Part shown: piece after piece, positions 55,730 through 64,000 of the stretch
Position numbering within the stretch: the first letter of the stretch is position 1
How the letters are laid out: every line of letters starts with the position of its first letter
NCBI RefSeq assembly: GCF_036588685.1
Contig: NC_086382.1
Coordinates: forward strand, 36,580,001 to 36,644,000
DNA: 64,000 nt
Source of the DNA: Mytilus trossulus
Lineage: Eukaryota
Reading direction: 5' to 3'
Program-made: the position numbers and the translations under genes
Notes under the pieces: model-generated
Database searches by the model: none
The model's input: only the letters and a program-made list of their open reading frames with translations
Told to the model about the DNA's origin: nothing

Positions 55730-56280
55730 ATATCAACACTCCAGCATCGCCTGCATACGGATTTTATATCCCCCAGTCACAGTGATACGATTATGACAGG
55801 GCTTGTATTTCTGATCATGGTTTCCTTGATAGCAGGAAACCTATTAGACCAAGAGTTCCAAATGGTGAAATTGAAATCATCCCTCCGCGAAAGATTCGTG
55901 GATGCCATCACGAGTTGATAAACCGTTATGGAATATCTGTTTCACAGATGATGTGTACTAGTGAGTCTATGCGGATATGTTAAAAATCGCAAGTTAAATT
56001 CTGTTCTCTTTTCCACGAATGTGAGCTACGAATTGGACTTATTACCGGGTTTGTACTAAAATGAGCAACACGTCGGGTGCCATATTTGGAGCAGGATCTG
56101 CTTACCCTTCCGGAGCACATGAGATCCCCAAGTTTTTGGAAATGTTCGTTTTCCTAAGTCCTTAGTTTTTTTTCATGTTTGTCTGTCACAGTGGTCTTTT
56201 TCTTTTTTAGCTATGTCGTTTTCAGTTTATTTCGACTTATAAGTTTGAATGTGCCTTTGGTATCGTTTGAATCTCTTTTA
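55730..56280 (+). mobile_element. Decayed 3' fragment of a second Penelope-like family
   Basis: Broken translation NTPASPAYGFYIPQ..RACISDHGFLD..QEFQMVKLKSSL..HHELINRYGISVSQM, homologous to the RT C-terminus at 31950-32340, followed by a different 3' UTR. Confidence 0.7.
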
Positions 56281-59200
56281 CATTAGCTAATTTACTCATT
56301 GCTTTAAAGCACAAGCCCTTTGGTCAGTTTTTTTTGTTGTTGTTGGCTAAATTGATGATGGTTATAGCATTTTCCATCTAAATATATGTTCTCACTGGGT
56401 TGATTGGAAATAAATGAATAGTATTTTCATAACGCATTAATCCCAGATGATAAAGTATACTTTTTCATGATTTGTTGTCTTTTGCTGTTACAGAAGCATA
56501 TAACCAATTGAACCGCTTCCTTTTCCCCAGAAGAGGCTGGCTTCTTTAACACATGTGCCAAACCCCCCCCCCCCCCCCAAAAAAAAAAGGAATTTTTTTT
56601 TGCCAAAAACGCTCAGGTCTCTGTCAACTTAAATTTAAAATTTACAGATATGATTGACCATGTGCACACGCTTGCAACAAGTTCTTTTGCCGAAACTTTT
56701 TTTAAAATTTGTATGATGAAAAAGAAACCTAAGTTCTTTCCAATGAGCAAGAAACCATTACATTTGAACGAAACTATATAACCAGCGATATATTCAATCA
56801 CATTATATTGGTTCATGTATTATATGAGGAAGAAACTATTGCTTAAAATTATAATTTCCGAGATTTGAATTGATAAAGACAGGTCATGTTCGTCAATAAT
56901 AACCTGAGACATATTATGCATGAATCATGACTCATGATATAGATACATTACCCGGGAAGAGGAGCACAGGCTGCAGTAGTTCCCACAAAAATACCTCAGT
57001 GTTGAAAACCACACCCACCAGTCGTAACAAATTTGTAATGATCATTTAGAAATATAATTCCAAAGAAGTATAGCATGTACTAGTATATGTAGTCAAATAT
57101 AAACCAATCTCACTTAAAACAAAGAAATACACGTTGTATAATTTACCAATCTTGTTCCAGTCATTTATCGGAATGAACCTTGTTTAATATATGTGAGTTA
57201 ATTGATGAAGATGAAATATAACTTAAAAGATAAATATTTAACCAGGCTTTCTGCACTAGGCACGAGGTTGGCATGGTGGGGTACAGGACACATCGTACAA
57301 GTTCTATTACCTTCTTGTTTGTGATAAAAAAAAAAATTACTTAACTGGTAATATTTTATCTTTTTAGTAATTTGTGCACTTTGGCATGTCAATTAGCATT
57401 TTCCCTTAATTGGTGCCTCTTGCAGTTGTGTCACTTTAAATAGTACTGACTCCTCTGCACCAGGCACGAGGATGACATACCATTTATGTGCAACTTCTAT
57501 CATTAATGTCCCGATACACATTTTAAAATGCACCCACCATGCCATATAGCACCGTCCCTTGGTGCCTTTTGCAGTTCAGCTAGATATATTTAGGCTTCTC
57601 ACAACTGTATTCTTTTTTGTTACTTCTTCTTCTTCTTCTTCTTAGCTCGTTGTTAGCACATTTAATGGAAATAAAACATCTTTTTTTTTTGCCTTCTTCT
57701 AGTTCTACTGATTTATCTTTACCCTTTTCCGGATAATTAACGTCTTACTTCCGATCTCTGTGTAAATTAGATATTTTCATCTTGACACATGGCGGGAACA
57801 TTTTTCTATGACAAAAAACTGAGAACCAGTACTAAGCCAAGTATGCTTGTAAAGAAACCACACTTAGTATAGAGTATTGTACTTTGTATACATTGTTAAC
57901 TGTATTCTCCACTTTTCCTCTGCATAAACTATGCATATAAACAAAAACTGTTTTGTCCAAAAAATCCCATTTTGGTTGAGTCTGAAAAACTTGAAATACA
58001 CACAAATTAACTGAGAAGAGAATGCTGTCTACATGTTGTTCAAATAATGTATAACTCTTTTATTACATCATTAAAAATGCAAATGAGAAGAGTGTGTTAT
58101 TGAATGTACTTTAAACTCTTTCTGTTTTACTGAAGAAAAAAAATATACCTGAAAATCAGTGATAAAGATAGAAAATCTCAAAAAGCAAATCAGAGCATGA
58201 TGAGAATTTTGTTTTCAAAAATTTCAATGTACCTTTGTTTAAAAGCAATAAATTGTGAGCAAAAACTTCAATACTACTTTAATGTATATAATCTTATCTT
58301 AATCAGATGTGTTTAAATTGAGTTTAAATCATAAAATACAGTATATATATGTCATGCTTAAATTTGGGAAAATTTAAAGCTTCACAACACATACCCCACC
58401 TTAAACACTTTACACCTTTGTATTTTTTAAAACACACTTTTATGTATGATCACTTGTTAACTTGCAAGTCTGACATTTGATATGGTTTTAATACAACCTG
58501 AAGGAAAATTGACAATTTTTAAATACCTAATTACGAACTTATTGTTTTCTATTTAAAAATCATGCATGCTTTGACAATCAAGTGAATTGAAGTGAAATTA
58601 ATTTTGTTTACAACTTTTTTTGAGGAAATTTTTCAAACAAATAAGGTACATTTGTATTTTGAATTATATACTGAGATTACACAAAACAAGACTGTCAAAA
58701 TGCTAATACAGTTATTTATTAACTATTGTCTTGATTTTACATTTTAAACTGTTCCTTTTATTACAATACCATGTGTTTGAGAAAAGTTTATTAATGGAGT
58801 TCTAATTCAGAAAAAAACAGGTCTTGTATAATTTTAAGTACTCAACATCAGGTTGTAAAATCTAAGTATATTACACAAATGTAAGAAGTTTAGGATTAAG
58901 GTTAAAATGTTTGTTATTTTTATAATGTTATAGTATTTTTTTTCGTTAATAGGGATTTTTGTCACCAAGGAGGATAATGTTTAAAGCATGAAACTTCCAA
59001 AAAAATTCTATAAAAAACATTTGTGAGGTTCTGGATGGGGTCTGTTATTCTGTAAACTTTTAATTTTCACCCCTTTTTTCTTTAATCTTCAAAAAAATAA
59101 CCCTTTTTTCTCTAGACTTCAAAAAATTAGAAAACACATTTCTCTAATCTTTATTCTTTTTACCCGTTATTCTCTAATCTTCATTTTTTAAGGGCTTTAT

Positions 59201-60053
59201 TCTTTAATCATTTAACCCCATCCAAACCCTCATGAGCTGTCAAATTAATTCATGTTCTCTGATTTGCCTCAAATGCTCATATTTGATTTATAACATACTA
59301 AAAAACCTTTACCCAAATTATAAAAATTAAAAATTGCAAAGCATGGGCTGGATAATATGTATCAAAATTTGGTGTGTAATTTAGTCTAGGGGCCATCTTA
59401 TATATATGGAGGTGACCTCCAAAGACTGCTGAAGGTCATATAACTTTATTTAATCATAGATATAAATAGATATTAATATATAGAAAACTGTGGCATGCCA
59501 TTTTATTGTTCTAGGTCTGTTTCAGTGGCGAAGCTAGATATTTTTATAAGAGGAGGCCTGCTGACTGCCTAAGAGGGCCCACTCATGTCAAGACTCAGTG
59601 ATTCCCTATATAACCAATCAAAACTTTTCCACTAAAAGGGGCCGGGCCCCTGCTCCCTCCCCTCTCCCTCCCTTAATCTGCCTTCCTGTTTGATTTCACA
59701 TTACAGGTTAAAAATATATGTTAAACATCATTTTTACGTGTTTAAGAATGGGTTTTTGTGGATCTAATCAGTCAATAGAATGGTTAACCCCTGTTTTATT
59801 TTCAATGTTGACCTTTTTTTCCTTTTATTAGCTGAACACGCCTAATTCATGTGCAAGTGAATAATTTATCATTGGTAATTAAATTCTTATCATGCTTATT
59901 TTATTTTGACAAAATTGAACCAAACTGGCTGCTAAAAGGGAATTCTAGTTATTTCATTTTCATTATTGATTGAACCAAAAAAGTCTTATTTTGATGATTA
60001 TATATCTTATAGCTAATGCCTCTTTAAGCTCTTGTGTCTTGATGAAAATATTG

Positions 60054-60234
60054 AGAGGGGGTAGGAGGGGTCCTGATCCCGAAATCCTGAGAAAACACCA
60101 GATCCAAAAATCACGGGCTTAAAAACACGAAATCCTGAGGTTCTGAAATTCAATAAAGAATTTCGGGATCCCGAAATCCCAAGCTTAAAAACACCTGATC
60201 CTGGAGTCCCGATAAAGGTCCTATCCTTCTCAAT
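60054..60234. mobile_element. MITE with internal ATCC(C/T)GA repeats
   Basis: TGAGAGGGGGTAGGA / TCCTATCCTTCTCA termini. A similar-sized TIR element (CTGGATGGGGT / ACCCCATCCA) lies at ~59025-59233. Confidence 0.6.
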
Positions 60235-60612
60235 ATTGGACATTAGAGAATTAGAAAACAAAAAGTGTGTTAAAGGTGGTTTAAAATTATATTGTATCGA
60301 GTCTTGATTAGTTGCTGGTGGAAATGAAAGTCTGGCAACAAAAAGGTGAATTTCCTGGTGCATGTCCTTAAAAAGTAGAGTTGGTAGGTCAATATTTTTG
60401 GTTCATTGATAATATCATAAAATTCTTTGGACAGTTTCTTATAAATCATGGAGAAGCCAAAAATTAGACACTAGAGTCTGCAGGCAAACTTGAAAAACAT
60501 TTTATTGTTCTTTTGGCCACAGCTTCATAACTTAAAGATGAATGTACATGTATGCCTGTTTTAGAAATGTGATGTATTTTCTCATTTCAGAAATAATTTG
60601 AGAGGATGGAAA

Positions 60613-63463
60613 ATGGGTAACAAAGAGTCAAGCAATTCCAGATCAAGTGATGAATCTGATGAGTCAGTGGATGTCCCTGATGAGACAATTACTATTCAAG
60701 GTCAGAGGTATGTCCCTGGAGGAAGTATGTCAAATCAAAGTCCTGTGACAAGTAGAAATGAAAGTGAGGCTGATGATGATTACATATCTGTACCTCCTCC
60801 TTATATACCTGATGAGTTGATGCCGTTGACGAATGAGTTTGAAGACGACAATTTACCTGTTTCACCTGAAAGTGAGGTGGATATACCTGTCTTTGATGAA
60901 GATGATATTCATTCCCCCCAAATTACTGAATTCCCTCTGAATACTAATCAGAATGGACTAGAATTACCGGTGAATGACAACGAAAATACTTCTGTTTCTA
61001 GCAGTTCAAAATCATCTGACAAGGAATCGTCTGTTAATACTAGTAGTAGCCAATCAACACCTGAACAGGAAGAATTACCTGTGTATAGCAAACCAAGAGC
61101 ACATGTGCATAGAAATAAGACTCCTGATAATGTGGCAGTGTATATAGATAAAGATGATCATGTGACACCTGTTGTAGATGATCATGTGACACCTGATAAT
61201 GGGGAGAACACATCAAGTAATGCACCTGATAACAAGATACCAGATAAGAGTGGTACCAAAAGTAGAATTACTAGAAGCAATAGCGTCATAAGTAGTAAAT
61301 CAGAAAACTCAGAATTACAGTCACACACATTGTCACCACTTGCCTATCAGGTAAAAATTAATGAGATTCATGTAGTATATGTTGTAAGTTAGGGGAGGCT
61401 TAAACCTGGGAGTTATTAGGCCTTTGCCCAAGAATGAAGAGTTCAGACAACAAAACAATTATTTGAATTTTAAAGCATAGAAGGATTAAAAGGGATATTG
61501 AGATATTATAAAAGCCTCTTTTAGTAAATTTGAAAATATTTTTGTATTTCATGGATGTGTAGGCAGCTTTGAATGTAAATATATATCAAAAAATGATTGT
61601 GACGAAATAGTATTGCAAGTGTATCTGGATTTTTCTCTCTTTTTGAGCTTTATAAATGAATTAAAAGATAAGATATTCAAGACTTACGAAGAAAAAAATG
61701 TAGTTCATTGTATATTCTCAATATTCAAATTGTAACTGTGTATTTTTTCAGAGGTTGAGAAACTGCTTGTTAAATTTACCGTTAGAAGATGGACAAGAAA
61801 TTAAAGACAAAGCTGTAGAAAGAGTTGCCTCTCACGTCTTAGTTCAAGACTATGATCCTAAAATTGACATTATAATGAAAGGTATCACAGTTGATTTAGC
61901 TGGTTCAGCACAATTAAGCAACAGTTGCATGTTAAAGGTTAAGATAAACATTAGATTTTATGGGCGCAGCCATTTTATGAAGAAAACATAGTACTGTAAA
62001 TTCAGAAATTATTGCGAGGTTTTTATTATTGCGAAAAATGTGACAGAGTTGTAAATTCAATAATTTAAACTCGCATTTTGAAATGCTTTATATGAATTAA
62101 AGAGGATTTTTTCAAAATCGTGAACAATAAAATTGCATTTACTGTAAGTCTTAAATGACAAAATCGCAATAGTAAGTGCATTTAATAATTTCTGAATAAA
62201 CAGTATTCAGCAATAAGAGTTTGGCTAATCCTGGTTGATAAATATGTGCTTCCACTATTTTTTATTATTAAAGGCTTAGTGCATTCTGCATTTTACCAAA
62301 GGCGAAATAAATTATTTCCTTTAAATAGCCCTAAGGGAACTGCAATGTCATTTCAACGCTATGAGAAGACTCATATTTTAAGTGCAAAATTGATAGGCAT
62401 GGGAGATAATTACAATTTACATAAGGAAAAGCAATGTAAACCTATACTTTTTTGGACAAAAATAATCTGTTAGAATAATTTTTATTTAATTCTAGCAAGG
62501 TTTTGTTTAAAGATTCAACTTTCTCAAGTTTGTATCGTGAAAAATGTTTTCATTGTCGCCTATGGGGAATTGAATTGTTTACTTCAAATCTGAAAATATT
62601 TAGAAAAGGTATTTGTGAATATTTTATACATCATTCTTTTTCTTACTGGATTGTATATATATGTTTTACCTAAGAGTGGCATTTTTTTGTATTCTCAAAA
62701 TAATAAATTAGTAGGTAAATTATTAGTTACAGATAGAAAAATAGCCATACAAAGGGTGTGTTCAGAATTTCTTGAAAAACTTAATCCATATTATCCATGA
62801 TTTTCTTCACCTCAAATTTAAAGCAAGACCTTCAACATGGATCAAAATCTTACATTTAACTGAAAGATAGAGATTTACACTAGTAGTAGTTGGGAAGCAT
62901 TTGAGTTTTTTTTTCTTAATGTTGATACATTTCTGAGCATTGATGAATGCAAATGCTGGGTATTATCAACTTTTTTTTTAGACAAAATAAGTTTGAGTAA
63001 ATTGATGCAATGCTTTGCTTTTAATTCTCTATCAAAGAAAGTTTTTCATTTATGAACTTTGTGTTTCGACCATTAGATATTCACTGTCTTTGGTTTCATA
63101 TAAAAAAGAAGATGTGGTATGATTGCCCACAAGAGACCAAATAAAACAAAAATCAACAACTATAGGTCACTTTATGGCCTTCAATAATGAGCAAAGCCCA
63201 TACAGCATAGTCAGCTATAAAAAGCCCCTAAATGATAATGTAAAACAATTCAAATCATGCAATTTATACCCTATTTGCTCATTTGTGTTTGAAATTTTAG
63301 GTGATGAAGCCAAAGGGATTTTTGTTATCGTAGATGGCAGTGTGAATGTTTTGTCGGAGAACGGTACTGATGTTCTGGCTACATTACATGAGGGAGATTT
63401 TTTCGGTGAAATTTCTGTTCTGTTTGATTGTCCTTGTACAGCAAGAGTACAGACTACAACTAA
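60613..63463 (+). CDS. 5' part of a cyclic-nucleotide-binding-domain protein with a long acidic/Ser-rich disordered N-terminus; continues beyond the window
   Basis: Exons 60613-61350 (acceptor at 60590), 61752-61881, 63301-63463; phases 0 and 1 are consistent. IIMKGDEAKGIFVIVDGSVNV..LATLHEGDFFGEISVLFDCPCTARV is a cNMP-binding beta-roll. The start MGNKES fits the N-myristoylation consensus. Confidence 0.85.
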
Positions 63464-64000
63464 GTAAGTGTAAAAATATAACTTATACTGTAATTTATTT
63501 ATTTTTTGGGGTACCAATTTTCGTGGTGTAAGGAAAACTTGCATTTTCATGGATATTTGATTTTGTGGTTTCCAAAAGTCTGCCATTAATCATTCAACAA
63601 ATTGAATCAACAATTTTCAATTTGTTGAACATTTAAATTTGTGGTTTGGATGTACCCACGAAATCCACGAAAGTTTGTATCCAAATTCTTATGAATAATA
63701 ATGAATCCACAGTACCTTATATTGAAATACTAAAATTGAGAATGGGAATTGTGAATGTTTCAAAGCAACAATAATAACCTGACCAAAGAGCATAAAACAT
63801 CAGCTGGTCTCTAAACAAATATATGCACTTAAGTTCAGTGAAAATGGACATTGTTCTAAACTCCAAAACATATAATTGAACTACAATGAGTATTTTATAA
63901 ATAAAAGACAGTGACTGAAATAAAAAAAGTTTAAAAAAAACAAAAAAAGTATGAAGTTGATGAGCATTGAGGACCCAAAATTCCAACAGTGAGGATAATC

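Overview
AT-rich eukaryotic genomic DNA with spliceosomal introns. The repeat families and the RING-less B-box gene type suggest a bivalve, probably a Mytilus-type mussel (inference). Genes reconstructed by hand, left to right: (1) three tandem single-coding-exon B-box/coiled-coil/beta-propeller (RING-less TRIM-like) copies on +, one relic, one intact and one frameshifted, apparently nested antisense in intron 4 of (2) prefoldin-3/VBP1 (- strand, exons 1-4 in the window, one GC-AG intron); (3) a complete 18-exon cullin-5 (777 aa) whose ATG lies only 95 bp from the divergent VBP1 ATG; (4) a complete 5-exon POLR2F/RPB6 on -; (5) a candidate unannotated 87-aa spliced membrane or secretory microprotein; (6) the 5' part of a probably myristoylated cNMP-binding-domain protein lacking the canonical phosphate-binding Arg. 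Introns carry many MITEs, Helitron/Helentron-like elements, a hAT relic with a 5-bp TSD, LINE/SINE fragments and Penelope-like retroelements. The most striking observation is a canonical-looking type-II SECIS (selenocysteine insertion) hairpin in the 3' UTR of a Penelope-like (Naiad-type) RT element, with a second copy truncated exactly in the SECIS loop. Tandem repeats seeded from exon ends or splice junctions recur in three different genes. All calls come from reading the sequence; no searches or folding programs were run.
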